DNA of 63,299 bases, filler included, from Octopus bimaculoides (taxonomy: Eukaryota): NCBI RefSeq assembly GCF_001194135.2. It is 6 parts of 5 records of this genome, joined end to end, with 100 filler letters (N's around TTAATTAATTAA, not from the genome) between each part and the next. Parts side by side here need not be neighbours in the genome. Positions count along the whole stretch, not along the records: positions 61,972 to 63,299 come from NC_068996.1; 5 more parts are not named here. The stretch is one strand, 5' to 3'. Position numbers and translations under genes: made by a program. The notes beneath the pieces are model-generated. The model was not told where the DNA came from. It searched no databases and worked only from the letters and a program-made list of their open reading frames with translations. Numbering within the stretch: the first letter of the stretch is position 1; every line of letters begins with the position of its first letter. Below are positions 62,991-63,299 of the stretch, piece after piece.

Positions 62991-63299
62991 GTTCAGCAGT
63001 TTTATTTTTATAACGTGCTTTCACTTCACTACCGAGCGCAGCTCTGTGTGCCTTGGGTATGTGCTGTGGTTTGCTGTGATGCTCTTATGGTTACTGTATT
63101 GAAAGTGTTTTGCGTAGGATGTGTCCAGTGCCCAGTAGTGCAATTTTTTGTATGTTATATATAATTGTAAGTCCTGGTGTTTTTGTTATGTATTTGTCTG
63201 AATATTTTTTTATTATACCTAAGGCACCTACTATGATAGGAATCGTTTCTATTTTTAGATTCCACATTCGAGTTACCTCTATTTCCAGGTCTTTGTATT
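62991..63299 (-). mobile_element. R4/Dong-type 3' end of the same family as 19708-20460
   Basis: IALLGTGHILRKTLSIQ* and a 3' UTR cacatacccaaggcacacagag..gaaagcacg..actgctgaacaa(taa)n. Confidence 0.9.

Overview
AT-rich, microsatellite-dense eukaryotic DNA from a fragmented draft assembly. The repeat families and microsatellite load are most consistent with an octopus (coleoid cephalopod); this is inference, not a database result. Almost all supplied ORFs come from microsatellites, N-gaps or decayed transposons. Host coding sequence is limited to two well-formed + strand exons (48965-49085 and 49942-49988/49992) encoding a coiled-coil peptide, so much of the window may be intronic. The rest is a layered set of mobile elements: R4/Dong-type RLE LINEs next to (TAA)n tracts, RTE, L1/Tx1 and CR1/Jockey-group LINEs, Penelope-like elements, Ty3/Gypsy, mariner/Tc1, piggyBac-type and mariner MITEs, and several tRNA-derived SINE families. 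The most interesting signals are (1) two tandem, mutually corroborating degenerate type I hammerhead ribozyme motifs at 9.2 and 9.75 kb, in a repeat that also has an RTE-like tail (candidate retrozyme-like or ribozyme-bearing non-autonomous retroelement); (2) further hammerhead-like motifs in Penelope-like termini; (3) two inverted duplications whose arms share private mutations (9.5-10.56 kb and 55.36-55.83 kb), which are candidate long dsRNA/ADAR substrates; (4) an RT-less Penelope-like GIY-YIG unit; (5) strand-consistent stacking of elements in TAA microsatellites. All alignments and translations were done by eye, and most element boundaries are approximate.
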